From an uncultured Myxococcales bacterium (GTDB lineage Bacteria; Myxococcota_A; UBA9042), in NCBI GenBank assembly GCA_903929795.1, contig CAIYWC010000179.1:539-64538 (forward strand): DNA of 64,000 bases, written 5' to 3'. The translations under genes and the position numbers were made by a program. Positions 39,264 to 48,285 of the stretch are shown here, in pieces (position 1 is the stretch's first letter; each line of letters starts with the position of its first letter). The notes beneath the pieces are model-generated. The model saw nothing but the letters and a program-made list of their open reading frames with translations, was not told the DNA's origin and made no database searches.

Positions 39264-40676
39264 ATGAAGCTGACGGCCTCCGTTCATGGCGATTCCTTTA
39301 CCTTCCGGGGCGTGAAAGACGCGCTGAACAAGGCGTCGGAGCTGAAGTCCGGCGATCGCGGCGCGGGGCTCGTGGCGCATAACGCCCGCGAGCGCGTGGC
39401 GGCCAAGCGGGTGATCGCCGAGCTACAGCTGCGGAACTTCTACGAATTTCCCTCGGTTCCATATGAGCTGGACGAGGTGACGCGGGTGGTCATCGACGAC
39501 CTTGACGCGCGCGCCTACCAGAAAATCAGCGGCTGGACGACGGCGCAGCTGCGCGAGTGGATCCTCGACCGCAAGACGACGGCCGACGAAATTCGCGCGA
39601 TTTCCATGGGGTTGACGCCAGAGATGGTCAGCGCGGTCGCCAAGCTGATGTCGACGCTGGATCTGGTCGTGGCCGGCAAGAAGATCACGCAGGTGCGGCG
39701 CTGTAACAACACGATCGGCCTGGCTGGCCATATCTCCTCGCGATTACAGCCGAATCACCCGATGGACGACGTGCCGGGCATCCTGGCGGCGATCAAGGAG
39801 GGCCTGAGCTACGGCAACGGCGACGCGGTCATCGGCATCAATCCGTCGACGGAGAGCGTCGAGAACACGTCGGCGATCCTGCACGCCGTCAAGGACCTGA
39901 TGCGCCAACTGCGAATTCCCACGCAAGTTTGCGTACTTGCGCACGTCACGGTCCAGATGGAGGCGATCCGCCGGTTCCACGCGCCGGTGGATTTGTGCTT
40001 TCAGTCGATCGCCGGTTCAGAGAAAGCCAACCGCAATTTCGGCATTAGTGTCAAGCTATTGGACGAGGCGTACGACCTGACCAAGCGTGAAGGTACGGCG
40101 GCGGGGCCGCACGTCATGTATTTCGAGACCGGCCAGGGGACGGCACTGTCGGCGAACGCGCACCACGGCACCGATCAGACCACGATGGAAGCGCGGGCCT
40201 ACGGGCTGGCGCGCCGGTACACGCCATTTTTGGTGAACACGGTGGTGGGCTTCATCGGCCCGGAATACTTGCAAAATGGCAAGCAAATCACGCGCGCCGG
40301 GCTGGAAGACCACTTCATGGGCAAGCTGAGCGGCATCAGCATGGGCTGCGACGCCTGCTACACGAACCACGCGGACGCGGACCAGGACGACCAGGAGAAC
40401 CTGGAGATGCTGCTGGCGTCGGCGGGCTGCAGCTACCTGATGGGCATCCCCATGGGCGACGACGTGATGCTGAACTACAACACCACGAGTTTTCACGACA
40501 ATGCCCAGGTGCGCGAACTCTACGGCTTGCGGCCGGCGCCGGAATTCGCGGCATGGCTGGAGGCCGTCGGTCTCTGGCGCGCGGGCAAGCTGACCGAGCG
40601 CGCGGGCGATGCGACCGTGTTCGAGAGTCCCTGGAGCCTGCGGGCGGAACGCAAATACAGCCAGACGCCGCGCTAA
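39264..40676 (+). CDS. eutB: Ethanolamine ammonia-lyase large (heavy) subunit
   Basis: Alignable end-to-end with E. coli EutB (MKL...FGNVYxF; VIGINP; CVLAHVT; NTVVGFIGPEYL; LSGISMGCDxCYTNHADADQ; LNYQTT). The start is at the conserved MKLTASV. Confidence 0.9.
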   Translation: MKLTASVHGDSFTFRGVKDALNKASELKSGDRGAGLVAHNARERVAAKRVIAELQLRNFYEFPSVPYELDEVTRVVIDDLDARAYQKISGWTTAQLREWILDRKTTADEIRAISMGLTPEMVSAVAKLMSTLDLVVAGKKITQVRRCNNTIGLAGHISSRLQPNHPMDDVPGILAAIKEGLSYGNGDAVIGINPSTESVENTSAILHAVKDLMRQLRIPTQVCVLAHVTVQMEAIRRFHAPVDLCFQSIAGSEKANRNFGISVKLLDEAYDLTKREGTAAGPHVMYFETGQGTALSANAHHGTDQTTMEARAYGLARRYTPFLVNTVVGFIGPEYLQNGKQITRAGLEDHFMGKLSGISMGCDACYTNHADADQDDQENLEMLLASAGCSYLMGIPMGDDVMLNYNTTSFHDNAQVRELYGLRPAPEFAAWLEAVGLWRAGKLTERAGDATVFESPWSLRAERKYSQTPR

Positions 40677-40706
40677 CCGGGCAACGCCGCCGCCACCGCT
40701 ACATGT

Positions 40707-42305
40707 TCAGCGCACCGGCGACGAGAGCGCGCGCGACGACGCCGCCGTCGACAACGGTTGCGGCGCGGTGATCGGCAGCAGCGGGGCGACGCAGACGGCT
40801 TGCGCGCGGATCCACGAATCGCCGGGCATGCTCACGCCGACCGCGTCCTCCATCGGCGCCATCGGCGTGAAGAGGTCCACCAGCGCCGCGCCTTCGCGCT
40901 CCGCCGGCGCCGACGCGAGCCGCAGGTGGTGGTGCGCGTCGTGGCCTTGCGCCACCGCGACGATGTCCTGCCACAGCAGGGAGCCCTTGGCGTCCGCCGG
41001 CAGCCGCTTGGCGAACAGCGCGCGCACCTTGCCGTCGATGAAAATCCGCTCCAGCGGCGTCCCAGCCGCCCGCGCGGTCTCGTCCAGCAGCTGCCACCAC
41101 CGCCAGGTGCCCAGCACGTCGATGTGGTTCAGCCGGACGCGCAGGTGCTCCGCGTTGTCCGCCGTCACATAGCTGATGTCCGCATCCCGGCCGCCCGCGT
41201 GGGTCATGTGCCCGGCCTCGCTCAGCATCAGCCAGCGCTGCCAGCCGCTTTCAGTCGGCCGCCAGCGCACCTCGCCGTTGCCGTTGCCCGGCTTGCGATC
41301 GTTCCAGCGCGACAGGCGAATTTCCACGGTATTTTGCGGATCCAGCGCCGCGCCCGGCAGCTCGCGCGCCAGCACGGTCACCTGCAGCCCGGCCTTCTGG
41401 TCCACCTTGTGCACCAGCCACAGCTGCCGCTGGCCGACGGTCGGTTCAAAATCCGCCACCTGCTCCGCGCGAATCGTCTGCCCAACGGCCCAGAGCTTCT
41501 GCAGCGATCGCGTCATCGCCGCCACCAAGCGTTTTTGCTGGCGCGGCTTGGGCGGGTTGGGCAAAAGCGCGTACCGGCGGGTCGCTACGCGCAGCACAGT
41601 GCGGCCTTCGCCGTCCTCCGACTCGCCGCGCGCCAGGATGCGGTGCTCCATCAGGACTGGCTGGTTGAGGCTATGGAACCGCTCATGCTCCAACGGAAAA
41701 TCCGCTGCCGTGTGCATTTCCGCCACGCCGGGCTGACCGACGAGAAACTGCACCTGTGCCAGCAGCCGCTGTGTTTCGGATGGGCCTTCGCTGTCCAGAC
41801 TTGCGGCATTCAGACCAGCGACGCGCCCCGCGTCCGCGCGCGCTTCCGGGGACTGGCCATCCTCGACCATCCGCACCAGCGTGCCATACGACACCTGCCC
41901 GCAACCCGGCTGCGTCGCGTCCGCCACCGTCACCCAATTGGTCGGCCTTTCCGCGCGAAACGCCTCGTGCGCCCGCAGCACCACGCGGGCCAGCGCGGGG
42001 CGCATCCAGCTGCGGCCGCGAAACTGGTCCCGGTAGCCAAAACCACCCGTGCGCACCGCCGTCAGGCCGCGAAAATCGATCAGCCCACGGCACGCCATCT
42101 GCTCCAAGCCAGCCTGCGCCACCTCGCGCAGCTGCTCCTTGGCGTCGCCCAAGCCGCGAATCCGCGCGAGCGTGTACTCGACCGCATCCGGCTCCACCCA
42201 CTGCAGCGGCGCGATCGCCGCCACGGCATGCGGATCCGCCGCCAGCACCGCCGGGGCGGGCAAGGTCAAGAGCACGGCGAGCAGCGTCAGGCGAAGCGAC
42301 TTCAT
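40707..42305 (-). CDS. Hypothetical secreted protein (~530 aa)
   Basis: Signal peptide MKSLRLTLLAVLLTLPAPAVLA. No confident family. The upstream part of the ORF-table ORF is Arg-rich and intergenic. Confidence 0.5.
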   Translation of the reverse strand: MKSLRLTLLAVLLTLPAPAVLAADPHAVAAIAPLQWVEPDAVEYTLARIRGLGDAKEQLREVAQAGLEQMACRGLIDFRGLTAVRTGGFGYRDQFRGRSWMRPALARVVLRAHEAFRAERPTNWVTVADATQPGCGQVSYGTLVRMVEDGQSPEARADAGRVAGLNAASLDSEGPSETQRLLAQVQFLVGQPGVAEMHTAADFPLEHERFHSLNQPVLMEHRILARGESEDGEGRTVLRVATRRYALLPNPPKPRQQKRLVAAMTRSLQKLWAVGQTIRAEQVADFEPTVGQRQLWLVHKVDQKAGLQVTVLARELPGAALDPQNTVEIRLSRWNDRKPGNGNGEVRWRPTESGWQRWLMLSEAGHMTHAGGRDADISYVTADNAEHLRVRLNHIDVLGTWRWWQLLDETARAAGTPLERIFIDGKVRALFAKRLPADAKGSLLWQDIVAVAQGHDAHHHLRLASAPAEREGAALVDLFTPMAPMEDAVGVSMPGDSWIRAQAVCVAPLLPITAPQPLSTAASSRALSSPVR

Positions 42306-42344
42306 GCCCAGAAGATGCACCGGACTGATAACTTCCGCCAGTTT

Positions 42345-42405
42345 TGTCAACTTCGAGTCCAACTTATTGAAACCTTGAAACTTTTTCAATCGCAATCTGT
42401 CAACT
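42345..42405. promoter_or_regulatory. AT-rich divergent promoter region with direct repeats TGTCAACT (x2), the inverted repeat ATTGAAA-N11-TTTCAAT, and CAACTTATTG
   Basis: Read from the sequence. TGTCAACT at 42345 and 42398. ATTGAAA at 42366-72 and TTTCAAT at 42384-90. Local GC is far below the genome average. Confidence 0.3.
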
Positions 42406-42714
42406 CGCCATCGGCGTGGCGCAACCTGTAGCGAGTACCTTTTGGCACGCCGAACGTCAAGCGCGAACGGACGGTGCCCATCGCGCGTCGGCTGTGGCAG
42501 AATCGCGACCGGATGGCGCGTCCCGAGCCGCTGGCCGGGGGTCGGCAGCGGCAAAATGCGTGCGTGCAGGCCAATTCTCCGCCGCGGCGAGGCAACATGA
42601 ACGATTTTCCAGCCAGCGCCAAGCCGTATTTGCGAAGGCACCGAGACGCACATCGGGCGCTTTCTCGGCGCGATCGCGAATCCCAACGTCACGGCCCCAG
42701 GCGGCCGTTGGCGC

Positions 42715-43581
42715 TTGAAAGAATGGAGCTATTTGTCGCTGGCGACCGAAACGCACTTTGTGGCCTTTGCCGTCGTGCAGCTCGGCTACGTTGCGAATTT
42801 GTTCTGCTATGTTGTCGATCGCCGCAGCCACGCGTTCTGGCAGACCGAAGCGCTGGCGCCGCTTGGCCGTGGCTTGCTGTTTGCGGAAAGTTCACTGCAC
42901 GGGACGACGATTTGGCAGCGCGGCGAGAATCACCTTGAAATCACGGCAATTCCCAGCGGATGGCGCGCGACGCTGGCGCTGAATCTGGCCGGGAAATGGC
43001 TGCGCGGCACCGCCGAGATCGCGAGCGGCGAAGGCCTCGCGCTGGTGTTCCCGCTCGCGCCCAAGCGGGTCGCGTACACGCACAAGGACGCCGGCATGCG
43101 CGCGGACGTGCGGTTGGCGTTTGCCGATCAGCCGCTGCCGCACGAAGGCTTGGCGACGCTGGACTGGACCCGTTCGGCAGCCCTGCGCACGACCTGCTGG
43201 AATTGGGCGTCGGTGGCGACGCGGCTCGACGATGGGCGGCGTTTCGGGCTGAACCTGTCGGCCCGCGTGTACGACGACGCAGCGGGCGCGAGCATGGAAA
43301 ACGCGGTATGGCTGGACGGCAAACTGCACCTGCTGGGCGGCGTGACGTTTGCGCTGCCCGCCTCGCCGGCGGCCGAAATCTGGCACGTGCGCGGCGACGG
43401 CGTGGATCTCGCGTTTTCCCCGGTCGGCGCGCGCCAGCAGAGCGTCAACCTGGGGGTCGTGCGCAGCCGTTTCGTCCAGCCTTTCGGGCACTTCGCCGGG
43501 ACCGTGCAGCTGCCGACGGGCGAGGCCTTGACGATCCCGCCGTCCTTTGGCGTGGTGGAGGATCATGTTGCGGTCTGGTGA
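42715..43581 (+). CDS. Conserved hypothetical protein (possibly DUF2804-like); non-ATG (TTG) start or 5'-truncated/frameshifted
   Basis: Protein-like ORF with GC3 bias. The upstream in-frame stretch is protein-like but has no ATG/GTG before the stop at 42598. An alternative ATG (42597) lies in another frame. Confidence 0.5.
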   Translation: MKEWSYLSLATETHFVAFAVVQLGYVANLFCYVVDRRSHAFWQTEALAPLGRGLLFAESSLHGTTIWQRGENHLEITAIPSGWRATLALNLAGKWLRGTAEIASGEGLALVFPLAPKRVAYTHKDAGMRADVRLAFADQPLPHEGLATLDWTRSAALRTTCWNWASVATRLDDGRRFGLNLSARVYDDAAGASMENAVWLDGKLHLLGGVTFALPASPAAEIWHVRGDGVDLAFSPVGARQQSVNLGVVRSRFVQPFGHFAGTVQLPTGEALTIPPSFGVVEDHVAVW

Positions 43582-43729
43582 CGATCGCCAGCGACGCCGT
43601 GTTTTCATAGGGTTGCCATGCGTCAACTTATTGGATCGCCAGGAACCCGCATTGCGCCGCGTTTTTTGTGAATGCAGTTGTTTAGATTCGTGAGGCACGC
43701 GCGACGGGCGCCGCACAAGCGCCTAGATT

Positions 43730-44803
43730 ATGCAAAGGAGGCGTGTGGTGGGCCAAGAGACGTGGAGCCAGAATCTGCCAGGTTCGTGGGTCCTGTTGGG
43801 CGTCAGTCTCTTCTCGCTCGGCGGCTGCGTAGCCCAGGACATGAGCTACAGCGGCGACGCTTCAGGTCAGGACACGAGCGCCGCGATCGGCGACGGGCAA
43901 AACGACGCGGCGGCCAATCCGATCGAAGGCCGCCCGTGCGCGACCGACAGCGACTGCGAGACCGACACGCCGTGCGGCGTCGGAGTGTGCTTGGCCGGAA
44001 AGTGCCGCTTGGAACCGGGTCCCAACGGGTTCGTCTGCGATGACAACGACATCTGCACGCACAACGACGCGTGCTTTCAGGGCGCTTGCATCGGTTCACC
44101 GATTCCGTGTTCCGACGGAAACGCGTGCACGCTGGACGCTTGCGACCCGACCGCCGGCTGCGTACACGCCCCGACCAACCAGTCCTGCAGCGACGGCGAC
44201 CCGTGTACGGCGTACCAGTGCACCGACGGCTCGTGCTTCGCCGTGGGTTCCGCGTGCGACGACGGCAATCCGTGCACCCAGGAGAGCTGTAGCGGCACGC
44301 TGGGCTGCCACACCGTCGCGCTGAGCGGCCCGGCGTGCGACGACGGCAACCCCTGTACACTCAACGACAAATGCACGTTCGGCGCGTGCAAAGGCGGCGG
44401 GCTGTGCGACGATGACAACCCGTGCACCGCGGACAGCTGCGAGGGAACAGACGGCTGCAAGCATGTGAATCTGGAGCAGATTTGCTCAGACGGCCTGATG
44501 TGCACCAATTTTGACACGTGCGTGAACGGCGCGTGCAAAGGCACCGTCAAGACCTGCGACGACGGCAACCCGTGCACCGCCGACACGTGCGACAGCGCGA
44601 ACGCGACGTGCAGCAACGTGCCGATTCAGGAAGGCGGCGCCTGCGACGACGGCAATCCGTGCACCTACGACACCAAGTGCACCCAAAGCGTCTGCAGCGG
44701 CGTGACCAAAAACTGCGACGACGGCGACGCTTGCACCGACGACAAATGCATCTTCCCGAGCGGCCAGTGCCTGCACACGCCGTCATTCAAGTGTGGAACA
44801 TAA
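43730..44803 (+). CDS. Cys-rich lipoprotein made of Myxococcus cysteine-rich repeats
   Basis: Signal peptide/lipobox MQRRRVVG...LLGVSLFSLGGC. About 10 repeats of DGN(P/A)CTxDxC. An AAGGAGG RBS overlaps the 5' end. Confidence 0.65.
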   Translation: MQRRRVVGQETWSQNLPGSWVLLGVSLFSLGGCVAQDMSYSGDASGQDTSAAIGDGQNDAAANPIEGRPCATDSDCETDTPCGVGVCLAGKCRLEPGPNGFVCDDNDICTHNDACFQGACIGSPIPCSDGNACTLDACDPTAGCVHAPTNQSCSDGDPCTAYQCTDGSCFAVGSACDDGNPCTQESCSGTLGCHTVALSGPACDDGNPCTLNDKCTFGACKGGGLCDDDNPCTADSCEGTDGCKHVNLEQICSDGLMCTNFDTCVNGACKGTVKTCDDGNPCTADTCDSANATCSNVPIQEGGACDDGNPCTYDTKCTQSVCSGVTKNCDDGDACTDDKCIFPSGQCLHTPSFKCGT

Positions 44804-44818
44804 CTGAGTATTTCTAAT

Positions 44819-46192
44819 TCAACGCAGCCGCACGACGCCGCGCGACACTTCGCTCGCGGCATCGGTGAACACGCGATCCTTGTCTGAACCGTCGCCGATC
44901 AGCACGACCTCGAACGGCTTGGCAGCCAGCGCAGCCATCGCCTCGATCGCCGCCGGCTCCGCCTCATCGCCCGCACCTTCCGCCACGCCGATCGACTCGC
45001 CCAGCGCCAAAAGCGACAGCCGGTAAGCGCTCTCCGCCCACGTGCGGCGCGGCACAAAGTTCGCGAGCTTTTGCGACCCGCCCTTCTCGGTCAGCCCGCG
45101 AATGTCGGCGATGAAGCGGTCCAGCGCCGTGAATTCCGGCAGGTCCATCTGCCCAGCAGCGGACTCGTCCGGCGGGCCATCGGCCCAGCCCGTCGCGTAT
45201 AAATCATCAGGCCGTGCAGGTACTTGTACATACTCGTACTCCGCTTCCGACAGCGCATTGTCCAGGATCAGGAACATCGGCGCCACGGGCTGGCTGACCA
45301 TCGGCGTGCCAAAATCCGCCAGCGTTTGCAGGTCGCAGCGCATCAGGAACGTTGTCACGTCGGTCATCGACAGCCCAGTCGCGCCCAGCTGCACGCGCTT
45401 GCGGCTCAAATCGCCGATCGCCCGCTGCAAAACCGCTTGCCATTGGTGGAGTTCGGCCAACGCCGAGCCGACGTCCTGCGCCGCGCGATACGCTTGGTCG
45501 TTCTCCAGATCGAGCCGCTCCACGCACGTCCGCGCGCGCCGCGCCCACGCGAGGTTGCGCTCAATCCGCGATTGCGCTTCCATCACGCGCACTTCCGAGT
45601 GCGACCGCGCCGCTTCCTCCGCCGTACCGACGATGCGCCGCAAATTGTGATGCAGATGTCGCAAAGCCGGCGCCTGCTCGTGGCCGAGATCGCGCGTCAG
45701 CTCGACGTTCAGCACGCCCAGCGCCAGATCGCCTTCCTCAGGCTTGATGCCCAGCACGCGGCTGATCACGGCGTAAAGCGCCTCGCCGCGCTCGGTCAGC
45801 TGGTGCGCGCCCTCGACGACTTCCAGCCAGCCGCCCTTGCGCAGCGACCGCAGCACTGCCGAGCGGGCGTCCGCCGTCAGCCAGGAAAAATGCCGCGCCA
45901 GCACTTCCGGATCCCATTTGGTGCGGTCGGAGCTCGCCAGCTCGGTCAGCACCGCCAGTCGGACGACAAAACCCGCCTCGCCCAGCCGCACAAGGTCGCG
46001 CAGCAGCGTGAAATACGCCATCCCGGCCTGCGCCGCGACAATGGAAGGCACGGACATCGCTGGGAAATTCGGGTCCAGTAGCGCATCGAGATCGTCGCTG
46101 ATGACCTCGTCCGCCTCGGTCTCCCCAGGGTTCAAACCGCTGGCGACGAGGACACGCGGGGCTGGTTGGGAGCGGCGATTGAGAAGCGACAT
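44819..46192 (-). CDS. Hypothetical protein with winged-helix-like segments (458 aa)
   Basis: Start chosen at MSLLNRRSQ, divergent from fni; the 5' 800 nt of the ORF-table ORF are Arg-rich antisense. Segments such as ARSAVLRSLRKGGWLEVVEGAHQLTERGEAL look like wHTH. Confidence 0.5.
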   Translation of the reverse strand: MSLLNRRSQPAPRVLVASGLNPGETEADEVISDDLDALLDPNFPAMSVPSIVAAQAGMAYFTLLRDLVRLGEAGFVVRLAVLTELASSDRTKWDPEVLARHFSWLTADARSAVLRSLRKGGWLEVVEGAHQLTERGEALYAVISRVLGIKPEEGDLALGVLNVELTRDLGHEQAPALRHLHHNLRRIVGTAEEAARSHSEVRVMEAQSRIERNLAWARRARTCVERLDLENDQAYRAAQDVGSALAELHQWQAVLQRAIGDLSRKRVQLGATGLSMTDVTTFLMRCDLQTLADFGTPMVSQPVAPMFLILDNALSEAEYEYVQVPARPDDLYATGWADGPPDESAAGQMDLPEFTALDRFIADIRGLTEKGGSQKLANFVPRRTWAESAYRLSLLALGESIGVAEGAGDEAEPAAIEAMAALAAKPFEVVLIGDGSDKDRVFTDAASEVSRGVVRLR

Positions 46193-46276
46193 GGCCGCGG
46201 GAGCATGGCAGAACGCAGTCGCGGACGGCAAGAGCCCGTTGCCCGAAAGCCGCGCACACTGCACAATCGGCGCCCC

Positions 46277-47350
46277 ATGGCGCACGCTCCGCGAAAACCT
46301 GACCAGCTTGGCGACCGCAAAGGCGACCACCTGCGCATCGCGCTGGACGGCCAAGTGCAGCGGCCAGGCGCGGGCAATGGCCTCGCCCGCTATCGTTTTG
46401 ACCTGCTTTCGCTGCCGGAGTTGGACCTGAACCGCGTGGACACGCGCTGCGTGCTGCTGGGCAAGACGCTGGCGGCGCCGCTGCTGATCGGCGCGATGAC
46501 CGGCGGCACGACGGAAGCGGGGCGCGTGAATCGCATCCTGGCCGAAGCGGCGGAGCGCACCAACGTGGGGTTTTGCCTCGGATCGCAGCGTCCGATGCTG
46601 GAGCGGCCATCGGAGGTATCGAGCTTCGATCTGCGCGACCTGGCGCCGCACACGCTGATTATCGGCAATATCGGCGGCATCCAGCTGCGCGATGAGCTGG
46701 ATGCAGCGAGCCTGGAAGCGCTGGCGCAGGCCGTGGGCGCGGACGCGATTTACGTGCACCTCAACCCGCTGCAGGAGGCGATCCAGCCCGAGGGCGATCG
46801 CGACTGGCGCGGCGTGCTCGACGCGATCGGCGAAGTGGCCGCGGATGCCAACCTGCCGATTTTGGTCAAGGAAGTTGGCTGCGGGCTGGGTGAAGAGACG
46901 CTGCGGGCGCTGCGATCGACCGGCATCGCCGGCGTGGAGACGGCGGGCGTGGGCGGCACGTCCTGGGCGCAAATCGAAGCGCTGCGCCAACATGCGCGCA
47001 CGCCGCGGGCGATCGCGGGCGCGGTGCTGGCCGATTTTGGCACGCCGACGGCCGAGAGCATCATCCTGGCGCGGCGGGCGCTGCCCAACCGGCTGGTGAT
47101 CGGCTCAGGCGGCCTGCGTGACGGCCTGGAGGTGGCGAAATGCCTGCGGCTGGGTGCGGACGCGTGCGCGATGGCTTGGCCGTTTCTGGTGGCGGCGCAG
47201 GACGGCGTGGAGGCCGTCGTCACGGCGATCGAAGGCGTTATCGAGACGTTGCGCATCACGATGTTTTTGGCGGGCGCGCCCGACCTGCTGCAGCTGCGGC
47301 AAGTGGAGCTGCGCTACCTCGACCTCCTTGACCCGCGGGACCGCCGATGA
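46277..47350 (+). CDS. fni: Isopentenyl-diphosphate delta-isomerase, type 2 (FMN-dependent)
   Basis: IDI-2 blocks (KGDHL..AL; LIGAMTGG; ILVKEVGCG; GGTSWAQIE). Start at MAHAPRK. Confidence 0.85.
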   Translation: MAHAPRKPDQLGDRKGDHLRIALDGQVQRPGAGNGLARYRFDLLSLPELDLNRVDTRCVLLGKTLAAPLLIGAMTGGTTEAGRVNRILAEAAERTNVGFCLGSQRPMLERPSEVSSFDLRDLAPHTLIIGNIGGIQLRDELDAASLEALAQAVGADAIYVHLNPLQEAIQPEGDRDWRGVLDAIGEVAADANLPILVKEVGCGLGEETLRALRSTGIAGVETAGVGGTSWAQIEALRQHARTPRAIAGAVLADFGTPTAESIILARRALPNRLVIGSGGLRDGLEVAKCLRLGADACAMAWPFLVAAQDGVEAVVTAIEGVIETLRITMFLAGAPDLLQLRQVELRYLDLLDPRDRR

Positions 47351-48285
47351 ACACGCGCGCGACCGGGCACGGCAACGGCAAGACGATCCTCATCGGCGAA
47401 CACCACGTCATGGATGGCGCGCGCGCGCTGGCGATCGGCCTGCCGCCGTTTCGCACAGACGTGACGCTGACCCGCGGCGAGCCAGGCGACCTGCGCGTGA
47501 CGCTGCTGGACGACGTGGATGCACTGGTGGCGAACGACACGCGTCAGATGTTCCACGCGGCGGCGCAATCGGCTGGACTTACAGGAGAAATTCGCGCGCA
47601 CATCGAGTCGACGGTGCCGATGCGCCGCGGTCTGGGCTCGTCGGCGGCGCTGGCCGTTGCGGCGGTGCGGGCGGCGTGGCAGCTCGCGCAACGGCGAGCG
47701 CCGACCGGCGGGCAGTTGCTGGAGGCGGCGCGCAAGTGCGAGTCCATCGTCCATGGCCGGTCGTCGGGGCTGGATCCGGCGGCGGCGGCGGGCACGGAAC
47801 CGGTGCTCTTTCAGCGCGGTGAAGTGCTGCAGCGCGTGCACGTGGCGCCATCGCTGGCAACCGCGCGGTGGCTGCTCGTGGACTTGGGCGCGTCGGTGCC
47901 AACCCGAGACGCGATCGCGATCGCGATGCACCACCGGCGGGAGCTGGGACCGGCGGCGGTGCAGGCGCTGAACGACCAGACAACGGCCGCGGCGGACCAA
48001 GCACTCCAGGCACTGGAAGCGGGTGACCTGGTGCGGCTCTCCCTGGCGTTGCGGGCGGCCGGCGAGGCGATGGAGCCGCTGGGCGTGGTCAATGCGGCGA
48101 TGCGCGAGGCGCTGGTTACGATGCGGGCAGCCGGCGCGCTGGCGGCCAAGCAGACCGGTGCGGGCATGGGCGGCATGCTGCTGGCCCTGTGCGCTACGGA
48201 GGCGCAGGCCCAGGCTGTGGCGGCCGCCGTCGCGCCGCGGATCCGGGCGTTTTGGACCTTGGCGATTTATCCGGAGAACTCATGA
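47347..48285 (+). CDS. mvk: Mevalonate kinase (GHMP family)
   Basis: N-terminal GKTILIGEHHV motif and GHMP phosphate-binding loop PMRRGLGSSAA. ATGA overlap with fni. Confidence 0.8.
   Translation: MNTRATGHGNGKTILIGEHHVMDGARALAIGLPPFRTDVTLTRGEPGDLRVTLLDDVDALVANDTRQMFHAAAQSAGLTGEIRAHIESTVPMRRGLGSSAALAVAAVRAAWQLAQRRAPTGGQLLEAARKCESIVHGRSSGLDPAAAAGTEPVLFQRGEVLQRVHVAPSLATARWLLVDLGASVPTRDAIAIAMHHRRELGPAAVQALNDQTTAAADQALQALEAGDLVRLSLALRAAGEAMEPLGVVNAAMREALVTMRAAGALAAKQTGAGMGGMLLALCATEAQAQAVAAAVAPRIRAFWTLAIYPENS

Noticed and set aside
40676-42700. Looked for a eutC small-subunit gene downstream of eutB on the + strand
   Set aside because: The only + strand ORFs there (40553-40771, 40609-41172) are Arg/Ser-rich antisense fragments of the convergent secreted-protein gene. 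None has EutC character.
44819-46192. Possible Wadjet/condensin-like JetA (DUF3375) identity for the 458-aa hypothetical protein
   Set aside because: No adjacent JetB, JetC (SMC-like ATPase) or JetD genes are present. The resemblance is limited to size and helical content, so the gene was left as a hypothetical winged-helix protein.
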